From an uncultured Bacteroidales bacterium (GTDB lineage Bacteria; Bacteroidota; Bacteroidia; Bacteroidales; JAIPAH01), in NCBI GenBank assembly GCA_964465045.1, contig CAYXJS010000002.1, positions 1 through 60,259 of the forward strand: a DNA stretch of 60,259 nt, read 5' to 3'. Positions 28,509 to 38,791 of the stretch are shown here, one piece after another. How positions within the stretch are numbered: the stretch's first letter is position 1; the number at the start of each line of letters is the position of its first letter. The notes under the pieces are model-generated. The model worked only from the letters and a program-made list of their open reading frames with translations. It had not been told where the DNA came from and searched no databases. Made by a program: the position numbers and the translations under genes.

Positions 28509-29126
28509 TTAATTAGATTTTTCCCATTTTTTCGATTCCTGATTATACCGTTTGAGTTGTTTAGCCGGGTTTCCTGCTACGATAGTGTAGGGGGGAACAT
28601 CCTTCGTGACGACGCTGCCAGCAGCTATCACAGCATGTTTACCTACGGTTACTCCGGCAACGATAACACTGTTGGCTCCAATCCAGACTTCATCTTCTAT
28701 AACAATTTCTTTTGTGGATGTAGGCTGAACACTGATGGGCGTATGAATATCCTCATACCCATGGTTGAGTCCGCTTACAACAATATTTTGCGCAAACATA
28801 ATGTCATTTCCAATTTTGACAGGCCCAATGATCGTATTGCCTAAGCCGATTCGTGTTCGTTCGCCAATCACCACTTCGCCAACACCATTGTTAACCGTGG
28901 AAAAATCCTCAATGGTAGAATCATTGCCAATCGAAAAATAATTCCAGGGCATCACATCCATTCGGGTTCTTCGGCGAATACATACATGCTTTCCTTTTTT
29001 ATGGCGGAAGGGATTCACAAACCACCGAACCCATAAACGGGGACGAGCCTGGTTTCGGGGCATCATCAGGTTTAGCGCCAGCTTTTTAAGCCTTGGATTG
29101 GATTTAAGTTTTTCTTTCAGTCCCAT
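28509..29126 (-). CDS. Hexapeptide-repeat (left-handed beta-helix) acyl/acetyltransferase
   Basis: Hexapeptide rungs [25 protein letters not shown]...[43 protein letters not shown]. Confidence 0.88.
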   Translation of the reverse strand: MGLKEKLKSNPRLKKLALNLMMPRNQARPRLWVRWFVNPFRHKKGKHVCIRRRTRMDVMPWNYFSIGNDSTIEDFSTVNNGVGEVVIGERTRIGLGNTIIGPVKIGNDIMFAQNIVVSGLNHGYEDIHTPISVQPTSTKEIVIEDEVWIGANSVIVAGVTVGKHAVIAAGSVVTKDVPPYTIVAGNPAKQLKRYNQESKKWEKSN

Positions 29127-30319
29127 GCTTTCTTTTGTTTTTCGATATTTTGAATAACCCGGTAAATATTATTTACGCTGTTCTCCCAGGTATGACTGCG
29201 AGCCACTTTCAACCTTTCCACTTTATTATGCTCTTTATTATCCAGCGCAGCTATAATTTTTTGTTCAAATTCTACGGCTCCCTCAGCCAGGAAAACAACC
29301 TCGCTAAACAACTTCATCGCCTCTGTTTTCACAGCCACAACCGGTTTTTGTGCTGCCAGATATTCATCAATTTTACGTGGATAATTGCCAATGGTTACAT
29401 CGTTGATTACCTGCGGATTTATAGCCACATCAAAACCATGAAGGTAAGCCGGGAGTTGGTCAAAATCTTTTCTTCCGGTAAATATTACATTCGAAAGTGC
29501 GTGTAGTCTGCTGTTTTTAAACGCTTCATCTTCCGGGCCAACAAACACAAAACTCCACTGTGGATTTCGTTCAGATATGGTTTCCAGCAAAGCCACGTCC
29601 AAACGTAGCGAACTCAGAACCCCGATATATCCTATGACAGGTTTTTTGGTTTTTTCTATTTCGGGGGGGTGTTTTTCAGGTTGTTTTTCGAAAGGTCCGG
29701 TATCCACACCCTGTCCAACATCATAGCTCTCTATATTGTAGCGGCGTGCCAGTGAAGCCAGGTATTCCGAATTGCAAACTACGGCATCGGTCTTTTGCAT
29801 CATGGCTTTTTCAATGCGGGAGCCGTGTTTTCTGAAGTAAGGGGTGGCTATCAGATTATCGCGACTGTAATATATGAATAGCGAAGGTTTTAGCCATTCT
29901 TTCAGATATAAGGTGCGGTATAAATCTCCGTCTTCAAACAAAATAAAATCATTGATATCCAATTCTGAAAGTGCTTTTTGTATGGATTTAGCATACTTTT
30001 TATTATTCTTCTTCAGGATTTTATCAAAAAGCCAACGAAACGGAATTTTACTAACCGACTCTAAGATAACATCCGGTGTGTATACCCAAAGATTATCGTT
30101 TATTTTCTCAAGCGCTTTTTGCCGGCCATTCCGAACAGCTATTCTTCGCTGTACCAACATATCAGAAGCATTTCGCCACTTAGAGAGCCGATCGAGCGGA
30201 TAATTGACATACAGCACGCGGTGCTTTTTAGCAAATTCATAAGCTATATTGACTGCATTTGAGCCAATTTCTGCATGAAAATCCTGTAATCCTGTTATGA
30301 CAATGTCCCGCTTTTTCAT
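29117..30319 (-). CDS. GT-B fold glycosyltransferase (family 1/4-like), paralog of 30539..31744
   Basis: 400 aa. Collinear with the neighbouring 401-aa protein along its whole length ([15 protein letters not shown].../DIICFGLQPWDLEIA...; ...[16 protein letters not shown]/...YPLKIDEYLALGKATV). The C-terminal half resembles GT1/GT4 nucleotide-sugar binding domains. Confidence 0.8.
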   Translation of the reverse strand: MKKRDIVITGLQDFHAEIGSNAVNIAYEFAKKHRVLYVNYPLDRLSKWRNASDMLVQRRIAVRNGRQKALEKINDNLWVYTPDVILESVSKIPFRWLFDKILKKNNKKYAKSIQKALSELDINDFILFEDGDLYRTLYLKEWLKPSLFIYYSRDNLIATPYFRKHGSRIEKAMMQKTDAVVCNSEYLASLARRYNIESYDVGQGVDTGPFEKQPEKHPPEIEKTKKPVIGYIGVLSSLRLDVALLETISERNPQWSFVFVGPEDEAFKNSRLHALSNVIFTGRKDFDQLPAYLHGFDVAINPQVINDVTIGNYPRKIDEYLAAQKPVVAVKTEAMKLFSEVVFLAEGAVEFEQKIIAALDNKEHNKVERLKVARSHTWENSVNNIYRVIQNIEKQKKAWD

Positions 30320-30538
30320 ATTGGTGATTCGTTGATTCGTTAATTCGTTAATTCATAAAAATAAATTCCAATTCCCAAATTCCAAAAATGCGTATTAATG
30401 CGAATTACGCGAAACTCGAAATTCGGAACTCAAAATTTTTCATTGCCAACTGCTAACTGCTTTTTGCCAACTTTCACCCAAACACATACGCACTTAAAAA
30501 CCCATCAATCCTAAAAACATAGTAACCTACAAACTTGG
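30320..30538 (-). repeat. Composite intergenic element, copy B (inverted relative to copy A), ending at the ATG of glycosyltransferase 29117..30319
   Basis: The reverse complement shows the same block order as 14622-14938: AAGTTTG-type units, tttaagtgcgtatgtgtt (17/18 versus 14701-14718), and aaagttggcaaaaagcagttagcagttggcaatgaaaaattt (38/42 versus 14756-14797). These are followed by TTCG-rich 7-mers and GAATTAAC/GAATCAAC 8-mers running into the start codon. It is the only sizeable non-coding gap inside the glycosyltransferase block. Confidence 0.85.
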
Positions 30539-31744
30539 TTATTTCGTTTCATTTTCAATCATTTCAAGGTAATCATAAATTTTCGCCACAAAATTTTCCC
30601 AGGTATGAGTAGAAGCGTATTCGATACGTTTCTTTTGTTTCTCAGGTGTATCTTCCTTCAAGGCTTTTTCAATGGCATGAACAAACTCTTCTTTGGTAAA
30701 AGGCAGGTAAACATACTCCTTAAAATAATCCATAAAAGTAGTTTTTGTGGCCACTGTAGCTTTACCCAGTGCAAGATACTCATCAATTTTGAGCGGGTAG
30801 TTTACATCCGTTATCGGATTGATGATTTGCGGATTCAGCGCCACATCAAAACCTTTAATATAGCCGGGTAATTCATGCGGTTCTTTTCTTCCCAGAAAGT
30901 ATACATTATCAAGCTTGTGCAGCTCAGAGTTCTGAAAAACCTCATCTTCAGGGCCTACAAGCATGAGACTCCAGCCGGGCCTTTGCTTTGCAATATGCAC
31001 CAGCACCTCTATATCAAGCCGTATTGTAGTCAGCGCTCCCACATACCCGATAATGGGTTTTTGTTTGATGGCGAGCAAATCTTCAGGAACCGGTATTTTT
31101 CCTTTCGTATCATTATACAGTGATAAATCACATCCCTGGCCAATCATATACGCATGCTTGTTGTACTGCTTGCCGTAATTGGCAAAATAATCGCTATTGG
31201 CCACCATCAGGTCCATTTTGCTAATCAGTTTTGGCTCAAGGCGGCTCCCGTGGCGCGCATGATAAGAAACCAGCGTGACTGCATCACGTAAAAGATAAAC
31301 TGAGAACTTAGGCTTTAGCAGTTCTTTAAAATAATATCCTATCAGCATGGAATTATCGTCAAACAATATATAATCCTTAAAGCCCAATTGATTGATGGCG
31401 CGCATGGCTTCCTTAGCAAAGCGTTTATCATTGATTTTGTTTAACGCATCATGAATGAAAGGAACAGGAATCCAGTTAATCGACTCAATAATGGTTTTGG
31501 GTGTAAAAACCCACAAATTATCATTATACTGAAATAAATCCGGCTCTTCGCCCTTAAGCACAGCTTTACGGTTTACCACACGCGGATGATCCGGCTTTTT
31601 GATTAAATCACCCCGGTGCAGGGGAGGGTTTAGAAACAAAACCCGGTTTTTTTTAGCCATTTCAATCGCCGTATATTTCAGCGTAAAAGCAATCTCCAAA
31701 TCCCACGGCTGTAAGCCAAAACAAATGATATCCCGGTTTTCCAT
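30539..31744 (-). CDS. GT-B fold glycosyltransferase (family 1/4-like), paralog of 29117..30319
   Basis: See the paralog entry. Its ATG overlaps the stop of the upstream gene by 1 nt. Confidence 0.8.
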   Translation of the reverse strand: MENRDIICFGLQPWDLEIAFTLKYTAIEMAKKNRVLFLNPPLHRGDLIKKPDHPRVVNRKAVLKGEEPDLFQYNDNLWVFTPKTIIESINWIPVPFIHDALNKINDKRFAKEAMRAINQLGFKDYILFDDNSMLIGYYFKELLKPKFSVYLLRDAVTLVSYHARHGSRLEPKLISKMDLMVANSDYFANYGKQYNKHAYMIGQGCDLSLYNDTKGKIPVPEDLLAIKQKPIIGYVGALTTIRLDIEVLVHIAKQRPGWSLMLVGPEDEVFQNSELHKLDNVYFLGRKEPHELPGYIKGFDVALNPQIINPITDVNYPLKIDEYLALGKATVATKTTFMDYFKEYVYLPFTKEEFVHAIEKALKEDTPEKQKKRIEYASTHTWENFVAKIYDYLEMIENETK

Positions 31745-32898
31745 TATGCGTTGTTTTTTTGATTAATATCCTGATAAATCCGATGTACATCCTCGGCCAT
31801 TTGCCGCCATGTAAACTTCTTGGCTTGTTCTAAGCCTTCTTCAATCAGCTTTTCGCGTAATGCCTGATTGTTGATCAATTCAAATATTGCTTCTGTAATT
31901 TCAGCAGGCTGATACGGGTCCACGATTTTGGCTTTACCGCCGCTTACTTCAGGCATCGAGGCCCGGTTTGAAGTAATCACCGGAGTGCCGCAGGCCATAG
32001 CCTCAAGCATCGGTATGCCAAAGCTTTCTCTTAAGGAAGGATACAAAAATATCTTTGCCATAGCATAAATTGCCGGTAAATCGGTATTCACGATGTATCC
32101 CGGCAAAAAAACGTGCTCCCGCAACAATTCCTTACCCATTGCAGAAAGTAATTGATTAAGCGCATACTCTTCATAATCAAGCATCACCAGTGTAAGCGGG
32201 TTATCTGATTTATCTACGTATGCAGCAAAGGCTTTGAGAACTCCTTCAGTATTTTTTTTCGGGTCGGTATTGCCGAGGAAGAAAAGGTAATGTTCCGGGA
32301 GGTTGTATTTTTTTCGTACTTCCTGCCTTATCATTTCATCCGTAACCGGTTTAAAATGGCTGCTCACCCCGTTATAAACAGCTACCAGCCGGTCATCCTT
32401 CTGGTCAAAGCCAAAAAAATCCCGGATTCGCTCGCGTTCAAACTTAGAAACGGTTATAATTTTTTTAGCCTTCTTTACCACGCGAGGCACAACCCATCGG
32501 CGGTACATGTTTCCAAGCTTTTGATACCAGGTACCGGCATTTTGAAAAAGACTGATGCTTTCGAGGTAAATGATATCATGCAACGTGATTATCACCGGCA
32601 CTTTAGACCATACCGGAGCTGTGTTGGAAGTACAATGCAAAAGATCGCACCCTTCCCTTGCAGCGGCTTTAGGAAGTGCCCACTGTTCCCACAGTGGATA
32701 GCTGCCTCCGTCAAGTTCCACAATTTTGAAGTTTTGGGTTTCCTGCAAGGCCGTCTTATCTTCATCAGGCTTTACATAAATCACATATTCATTTTCATGA
32801 TCGATTTGCTGAAGTTGCTTAATCAGCTCTAAAGCTACCATGTCCATGCCGTGCTTCTTTTTGCGGAAAAGCCGTTGTCCTTCGATACCTATTTTCAT
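31744..32898 (-). CDS. Family-4 glycosyltransferase
   Basis: Classic GT4 C-terminal motif LYPSLRESFGIPMLEAMACGTPVITSNRASMPEV (E-x7-E region). ATGA overlap with the upstream gene. Confidence 0.9.
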   Translation of the reverse strand: MKIGIEGQRLFRKKKHGMDMVALELIKQLQQIDHENEYVIYVKPDEDKTALQETQNFKIVELDGGSYPLWEQWALPKAAAREGCDLLHCTSNTAPVWSKVPVIITLHDIIYLESISLFQNAGTWYQKLGNMYRRWVVPRVVKKAKKIITVSKFERERIRDFFGFDQKDDRLVAVYNGVSSHFKPVTDEMIRQEVRKKYNLPEHYLFFLGNTDPKKNTEGVLKAFAAYVDKSDNPLTLVMLDYEEYALNQLLSAMGKELLREHVFLPGYIVNTDLPAIYAMAKIFLYPSLRESFGIPMLEAMACGTPVITSNRASMPEVSGGKAKIVDPYQPAEITEAIFELINNQALREKLIEEGLEQAKKFTWRQMAEDVHRIYQDINQKNNA

Positions 32899-34100
32899 GA
32901 TGAATCCTTTTCTTTATGATAATTTGTTGTATGTTCTGTATGAATAAAATGGGTTTTAGCTTCGCGATGAAACAGCAGTGATTTGAACATCAGCAAAAAA
33001 CCGAACGGTAATTTTGATAAGGCTTTTAATGTTTTGAAGGTGTAAAACCTGCGGGGCGTAGCAGCAAAGAAGCCACTTAATGAAAAAAGCAGCGCTGTCA
33101 TCCATAAAGCCTGTAAGAGGGGTGGATTAAAAAAGAGTGATAACGTGTTTATTATCAAAAGCAAACCCAATAATAATATACGTGGTGGCTGCACAAACTG
33201 AAACGCTTTATTGAAATAATCAAGGTTGCCTTTTGAAAGGAAATGCCAAAACGAGATCAAGAAATCCTTTCTTAAATAATAAAGCTGGGCAGATATCCAT
33301 CGCTTTCTTTGGTTACTAAAGGCTTGTGAGTTTTGGACTTTTTCATCGAATACATACGCTGAGGCATGATAATCAATTATATGGCGGTTTTTGATGATTT
33401 TGAGTTCTAACTGCTTGTCAAATCCGCCAATTGCATTCACATCCCTCATGATTTCTTTGAAAAAACCATAACGAAACGCCATAGCCGAACCGATTAGAGC
33501 AGAGGAGAGGCCCACGTTGCGATGGCCTTTACGAAAGACGTTGTTATTGATTTCTTCGCTAATAGCGTCTAAAACTGAAAACGCGGTGTTGTTATTCTTG
33601 GCCACCCGGTGGCCTTGTATTGCAATCTGATTCTCACTGAAAGCCTGATTGATTTTTTCCAGGTAATCCGGTTCCATAATGTTGTCGGCGTCCAGCACAA
33701 CAGCAAGATCATATTCATCCTCAGGCAATTGCTCAAAAGCTTTGTTGAGCGCTTTTGATTTTGTGCTTCTATCAAATGAAACTTCAATCAGTTTGACAGG
33801 CTTTTGCCGTATCTTATTTAATGTAGCTTTTTCAAACGAATCGGCAATAACGATGATGTCATACTTATTTGCAGGATAGTTTTGATTAAGGGATTCGTCA
33901 ATTACCTCAAGAATAACCTTGTCTTCTTTAAAACCGGGAATAAGCACAGCGAATCTGTGCTGCTTCTGAAGGTTATCTTTTCGGATATGATACGGAAAGA
34001 CCGAAGCTACAGCAAAAAATAAAAAGTAAAATGCTGATAGCGCTATATAAATAAAAAGCAGCCACTGAAGCAGCATTCCTGTTGAAAAAAGTATATCCAT
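32895..34100 (-). CDS. Membrane-embedded GT2 glycosyltransferase with QxxRW motif, paralog of 34186..35388
   Basis: N-terminal TM; VLIPGFKEDKVI, VVLDADNIMEP, QRKRW; about 4 C-terminal TM helices. Collinear with the neighbouring 400-aa paralog. Confidence 0.85.
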   Translation of the reverse strand: MDILFSTGMLLQWLLFIYIALSAFYFLFFAVASVFPYHIRKDNLQKQHRFAVLIPGFKEDKVILEVIDESLNQNYPANKYDIIVIADSFEKATLNKIRQKPVKLIEVSFDRSTKSKALNKAFEQLPEDEYDLAVVLDADNIMEPDYLEKINQAFSENQIAIQGHRVAKNNNTAFSVLDAISEEINNNVFRKGHRNVGLSSALIGSAMAFRYGFFKEIMRDVNAIGGFDKQLELKIIKNRHIIDYHASAYVFDEKVQNSQAFSNQRKRWISAQLYYLRKDFLISFWHFLSKGNLDYFNKAFQFVQPPRILLLGLLLIINTLSLFFNPPLLQALWMTALLFSLSGFFAATPRRFYTFKTLKALSKLPFGFLLMFKSLLFHREAKTHFIHTEHTTNYHKEKDSS

Positions 34101-34185
34101 ATGTAGCTATTTTTAATCCGTATAAAGCTAATTCATCTTTAGCATTTTGTTTATCCTATAAAAATCAATTCATCATCAAATCACA

Positions 34186-35388
34186 TCATGAATTATCCTT
34201 ATTTTCATCCACTTTAGTTACAGTATGCGTTGTAGCCCCAAATCCTTTTTTTGCACTTTGCAACCGGCTAAGCGATATCATCATCAGGAAAAAACCGTAA
34301 GGCAGGAAAAATATGGCCTTAAACGTTCTGAAAGTGTAAAACCGGTTGGGTACGGCCAGGGCAAAAGCAGCTACCATTAATACAAACAAAAAAGTCCAAA
34401 TACAACTCAGTATTGTTAGATTATAAAAAAAAGAGCCAATAGTAAGCGCTGTAGTCAGCACAATCAGCATAATGCGGGGTGGCAGAAACTGCTGGAAGAG
34501 TTTGTCGAAATAATCATAATTGCCTTTAACTAATTGCTTTATCCCTTCACCAAAATAACGTACCGCATAGTACAACTGATTGAAAAGCCACCGGGTGCGT
34601 TGTTTTACGAACACTTTTCCGGCCGAGACCTTTTCATCATATATCCGGGCATCATCCCGGTACTCAATTTTAATATTATCAGCTAAAAGTTTAAATTCCA
34701 ATTCTTTATCTTCACCATAAGAATCAATGGTTGCCATATAGTTTTTATAGAGCGAATAGTTAAAGGCCATTCCCGAGCCTATCAGCGCTGAGGATACGCC
34801 CAGTTTACGGTGCCCTTTCCGGAAGATGCTGTTATTGATTTCTTCGCTAATCGCATCAAGCAGCGCAAAATAGGTGTTTTGGTTTTTGGCCATGCGGTGT
34901 CCCTGGACTGCTGTATATCCCGCATTCAGCGCATCATTCATCAAAGAAAGTACATTTGGAGCCATCACGTTATCTGCATCCAGAATCATAACAGCATCAT
35001 ATTTATCATCAGGTATCTCCTTCATGGTTTTGTTCAGGGCTTTGGACTTGGAACTTTTTTCAAACTCAACGACGTTCACAATTACAGGCAATTCATTCAA
35101 CTTTTCAAGGGTTTCACGAGAAAACGAATCTGCAATAACGATTACATCATAATAGTCTTTTGGATAATCTTGTTTGGTAGCCTCTCGGGCAACATCAACA
35201 ATTACCTGGTCTTCTTTATACCCCGGAATCAACACCACAAACCGGTTAAGCTTCTGCCGGGCAGGGGAGGGGGATTTTCGTTTAAGTCTTGATGCAAAGG
35301 CATAGGTAAAGAAATAAAGCGAGGCTATGCCTAAATAAAACAAAAGCACATACTGCAGGACATTTAAAATTGTATAAAAAATCGCCAT
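34186..35388 (-). CDS. Membrane-embedded GT2 glycosyltransferase with QxxRW motif, paralog of 32895..34100
   Basis: N-terminal TM; VLIPGYKEDQVI, MILDADNVMAP, QRTRW; C-terminal TM helices. Confidence 0.85.
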   Translation of the reverse strand: MAIFYTILNVLQYVLLFYLGIASLYFFTYAFASRLKRKSPSPARQKLNRFVVLIPGYKEDQVIVDVAREATKQDYPKDYYDVIVIADSFSRETLEKLNELPVIVNVVEFEKSSKSKALNKTMKEIPDDKYDAVMILDADNVMAPNVLSLMNDALNAGYTAVQGHRMAKNQNTYFALLDAISEEINNSIFRKGHRKLGVSSALIGSGMAFNYSLYKNYMATIDSYGEDKELEFKLLADNIKIEYRDDARIYDEKVSAGKVFVKQRTRWLFNQLYYAVRYFGEGIKQLVKGNYDYFDKLFQQFLPPRIMLIVLTTALTIGSFFYNLTILSCIWTFLFVLMVAAFALAVPNRFYTFRTFKAIFFLPYGFFLMMISLSRLQSAKKGFGATTHTVTKVDENKDNS

Positions 35389-35402
35389 ATTGCTGAGTTT
35401 AA

Positions 35403-36323
35403 TTATAACATCGGATTCTCATGTATTGTTTTATCAAACATATGATGCATATGCCATCCCACTGCACGCAGAAAAGCATGAAAAAGCTTGATTTTCCCCT
35501 TTAACAGAATTACAAGTGCATTTTTTGGAATAGCTACAAAAAGCTGATAAAGCATGCCCAAGACAAACTTTTTTCCAAAAATATTTCTTCTCATATACAC
35601 CATTCTGTTTCTATAAAGATAGTAAATTTTTAAAGCGCTCAACTTTCCTGTAGAAATTGATTCTTTATGATAAACTAACGAGTTATGAACATAATGTATT
35701 TCGTATCCAGCCCTTTTAATCCGGTCGCAATAGTCGGCTTCCTCGTAATACAGGAAAAAGATGTAAGACATCATGCCTAACTCACGAATCAGGTCCATAG
35801 GAACCATCATTGCGGCGCCGTGGGCATAGGCCGTTTTTCTGTCCTCGTCATGTTGACCAAGGTCTTGCTCCCGGTATCCATAAGCAAAATTTCTGATGGT
35901 TATCGGGTTCATATCCGTATAACCGGCATATTGAATGGTATCCGGAGTATGAAAAAAACGAATTTTTGGCGAAACGGCTCCGGTTTTCGGATTCGTTCTG
36001 AATTTTTCAATCAATGGCTCCAAAAAATCGGGCCGCACTTCCGTATCATTATTCAGGAACATCACAAAATCGCCGTTAGCTGCCATAATGCCCATGTTAT
36101 TGCCTGCTGCAAAGCCGTAATTAATGGGGTTTTTTATCAGCATACAATTCGGATACCGCTGCTTAATTTTATCCGGGTTGCCCTGCGCGGAAGCGTTATC
36201 AACCACAATAACCTCAAGGTTTGGATAGGTTACCTTTTGAAGTGATGCCAGCAACAGGCATGTCACTTCACTTTGGTTATAGTTTACCGTAACAATGCTT
36301 ACCAAAGGGTAACGCTTCTTCAT
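35403..36323 (-). CDS. Soluble-type GT2 glycosyltransferase (rhamnosyltransferase-like), paralog of 36320..37243
   Basis: VSIVTVNYNQSEVT, VVDNAS, FLNNDTEV. About half of the positions are identical by eye to the upstream 307-aa protein. Confidence 0.85.
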   Translation of the reverse strand: MKKRYPLVSIVTVNYNQSEVTCLLLASLQKVTYPNLEVIVVDNASAQGNPDKIKQRYPNCMLIKNPINYGFAAGNNMGIMAANGDFVMFLNNDTEVRPDFLEPLIEKFRTNPKTGAVSPKIRFFHTPDTIQYAGYTDMNPITIRNFAYGYREQDLGQHDEDRKTAYAHGAAMMVPMDLIRELGMMSYIFFLYYEEADYCDRIKRAGYEIHYVHNSLVYHKESISTGKLSALKIYYLYRNRMVYMRRNIFGKKFVLGMLYQLFVAIPKNALVILLKGKIKLFHAFLRAVGWHMHHMFDKTIHENPML

Positions 36324-37243
36324 AGTGCCGGGTTTTCATGTATCTTTGGGTTGAATAAGTTTTTTATGTGCCAGGCAATAGCGTTATGGTAAGCTTTAAG
36401 TAAATTCCATTTGCCTTTCAATAAAAAAGTTATGTAGTTTTTGGGTATGGATATGAAAACCAGATAAAACAGCGCCATTAAAAACCGGAATCCATGCGTA
36501 TTGCGCCTCATGTATAAAATACGGCTTCGGTTTAAGTAATAAACCTGCAGTGAAGAATAGAAACCGGTTGATATAGATTCTTTATGGTAAATCAGCGAAT
36601 TGTGTACATAAAAGATTTTTTTTCCTGATTCGCGGATTCTGAACCCCCAATCCATCTCTTCATAGTAGAGAAAAAAGATATTGGCCATAAGACCAATATC
36701 TTGTATTACCTTTCTGGGAATTAACATAGCAGCACCGTGGGCATACCATGTAACGCTGTCTTTATCAAACTGACCTTTGTCAATTTGGTTGAAACCAACA
36801 GCATGATTACGTATGGTGAGCTTGTGAATGGAGGTGAATCCGGCAAACTGAAGCATATCAGGCGTGTGATGATAACGGATTTTCGGACTTACGGCTCCGG
36901 CTTCAGGGTTATTTTGCAGTTTTTGCACCAAGGGCTCCAAAAAATCAGGCTCTACTTCAGTGTCGTTATTCAACAGCAAAATATAATCTCCTTTGCTGTG
37001 ACGAATGCCATAATTGTTACCACCTGCAAAGCCTAAGTTTTCTGTAGTTTTAAAGTATAATATTTCCGGATACGCTTCTTTCAGCCAAGAGGAGTCTTCT
37101 TTCGGAGAAGCATTATCAACAACAATAATTTCTGTATTGGGATAGGATATTTTTCGGAGCGATTTTAAACACTCGGCAGTCACATCCGAATGATTATAAT
37201 TTATTGTAACGATAGAAACAAGTGGTGCATTTGCCTCTTTCAT
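36320..37243 (-). CDS. Soluble-type GT2 glycosyltransferase, paralog of 35403..36323
   Basis: VSIVTINYNHSDVT, VVDNAS, LLNNDTEV. ATGA overlap with the downstream paralog. Confidence 0.85.
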   Translation of the reverse strand: MKEANAPLVSIVTINYNHSDVTAECLKSLRKISYPNTEIIVVDNASPKEDSSWLKEAYPEILYFKTTENLGFAGGNNYGIRHSKGDYILLLNNDTEVEPDFLEPLVQKLQNNPEAGAVSPKIRYHHTPDMLQFAGFTSIHKLTIRNHAVGFNQIDKGQFDKDSVTWYAHGAAMLIPRKVIQDIGLMANIFFLYYEEMDWGFRIRESGKKIFYVHNSLIYHKESISTGFYSSLQVYYLNRSRILYMRRNTHGFRFLMALFYLVFISIPKNYITFLLKGKWNLLKAYHNAIAWHIKNLFNPKIHENPAL

Positions 37244-37293
37244 GATATAAGTTTATCAGGTGAACAAAACGCTATTTAGAGAACAAGAAAACG

Positions 37294-38787
37294 TTATATA
37301 TAGCTTCCTTTACCGAAAACACTTTCGCCCCGTTTTTTCAGTGCTATCATTTCATCATCCAGCCAGGGAGCCATAAACATAAATGCCATGGAAATATAAA
37401 CCAAAATACCCGAGGGCATCTGTCCAAACACTCCATTTCCGTATGAAGCCCCCATCAGTCCGACCATCCCGGCGATGAGGGCGCTTATTATGAATTTCAT
37501 CTCGGGGTCTTCCAATCGTGCCATCACGTAGTATGACCCTTTTAAGACAATATAAAACATCATCACCAGGTGTAAAACAAGACCTACAATACCTTGCTCA
37601 GCCCAAATCTGCACATACCAGCTATCTGTAGCGATATTAGCCAGAAAGCCCTGCGGACTGAATCGTTTTCCCCAGTTTCCTGCTGACCCAATTCCACCAC
37701 CAAAAGGTTTATCTTTGAGATAATCCTTGAGCATTTCCTTTGTTTCGAGACGTACTTGCAGTGAAGCATCCTCAGCAGGGCGAAAAGCGGTACGCATTCG
37801 GCGAATCTGAGAAATTCCCTGGCCGAGGTAGGTATATCTGAAAAAGACCGTAGCTGCAGTCATCAAAACTAAACCGATAATAATGGCCCTGTAATTCTTA
37901 GTGTGAATTAAATAAACCAGAAATCCTACCCCAGGTACGACGATGGCGCCTCGAGTACCTGAAATCATCATGCCATAAAAGCCGGCCAGCGCCATGGTCC
38001 AAAACACCACCTTGTTTTTGAATCCGCTGAGATGCAGTGCCAAAATCGTGCCAACGACAAACGCTACCGCCTGTGCAGCGCCAAACTGTCCTGCATCGCT
38101 GAGAAATGAAAATATCCGTAATTCCCCGAAAATAATATGCGTTACAGCACCCCCTTCGTCTAACCATCTTTGCTCTGCAAAATCAGGCCCGAACATCATC
38201 TGCTGAACTCCTTTCAGAGTAACTAAAACCGTCCAGAAAGCCCACATATAGAGAAAAACATAGACGTATTTCACTCTGTTGAAAATCAAGAATGTGATAG
38301 GGATAAGCAACAGCATGTAAAGCGACATCCCGCGCATCGCATAAAACCATGCAGTTCGGCTAAGCGATAAAGGATTAAAAAACTGGGCTACCGAATACAA
38401 AAACCATATCAGGGCAATTAGTGTTAGCTCATTCTGAATGGGCCGCAAATCCAGTTTTTGATAAAAATATTTGAAAAAGATAGCAATATAAGTTAATACT
38501 AGCACGCCATCGATCCCTAAACCCAAAGGAACTCCCGGTATATATCTGCTTAAACCGATTGCCGAAAATGCCAGAATAATAATTGTATATACACCAATTC
38601 TCGGGTTGATGAAAAAACGGTTCAGGTAAATCAATACAAGGGGTATGGCGATTAAAATTGCGGCTGTTTTCATCCCTCCTGTAGAGAGAATATAACCTAA
38701 CCCCACTGAAAATAAAATGAGTAAAACCAGCGATAATGGATCTCGCAGCATCATAGCCCCGGTTTTATTTCTGCTTATCGAACTCAT
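37294..38787 (-). CDS. O-antigen polymerase/ligase-family (Wzy-like) integral membrane protein
   Basis: 497 aa with at least 10 hydrophobic helices and one large hydrophilic loop (...RRMRTAFRPAEDASLQVRLETKEMLKDYLKDKPFGGGIGSAGNWGKRF...), as in Wzy_C-type proteins. Located between the flippase and the GTs. Confidence 0.7.
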   Translation of the reverse strand: MSSISRNKTGAMMLRDPLSLVLLILFSVGLGYILSTGGMKTAAILIAIPLVLIYLNRFFINPRIGVYTIIILAFSAIGLSRYIPGVPLGLGIDGVLVLTYIAIFFKYFYQKLDLRPIQNELTLIALIWFLYSVAQFFNPLSLSRTAWFYAMRGMSLYMLLLIPITFLIFNRVKYVYVFLYMWAFWTVLVTLKGVQQMMFGPDFAEQRWLDEGGAVTHIIFGELRIFSFLSDAGQFGAAQAVAFVVGTILALHLSGFKNKVVFWTMALAGFYGMMISGTRGAIVVPGVGFLVYLIHTKNYRAIIIGLVLMTAATVFFRYTYLGQGISQIRRMRTAFRPAEDASLQVRLETKEMLKDYLKDKPFGGGIGSAGNWGKRFSPQGFLANIATDSWYVQIWAEQGIVGLVLHLVMMFYIVLKGSYYVMARLEDPEMKFIISALIAGMVGLMGASYGNGVFGQMPSGILVYISMAFMFMAPWLDDEMIALKKRGESVFGKGSYI

Positions 38788-38791
38788 TAAA

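Noticed and set aside
28140-28844. 234-aa plus-strand ORF. There are similar long antisense ORFs at 32290..32832, 34810..35292, 39780..40250, 52710..53342 and 58424..58921.
   Set aside because: Each lies opposite one or two minus- or plus-strand genes with strong family motifs (FkbM/acetyltransferase, GT4, GT2, flippase, MutL, EEP). The translations are Phe/Ile/Lys-rich antisense artefacts typical of AT-rich coding DNA.
29663-29669. G7 homopolymer (C7 on the coding strand, encoding HPPE) inside glycosyltransferase 29117..30319, as a possible slipped-strand phase-variation switch.
   Set aside because: Seven residues is below the length usually associated with high-frequency slippage. It sits mid-gene with no evidence of length variation, and it cannot be supported from one sequence.
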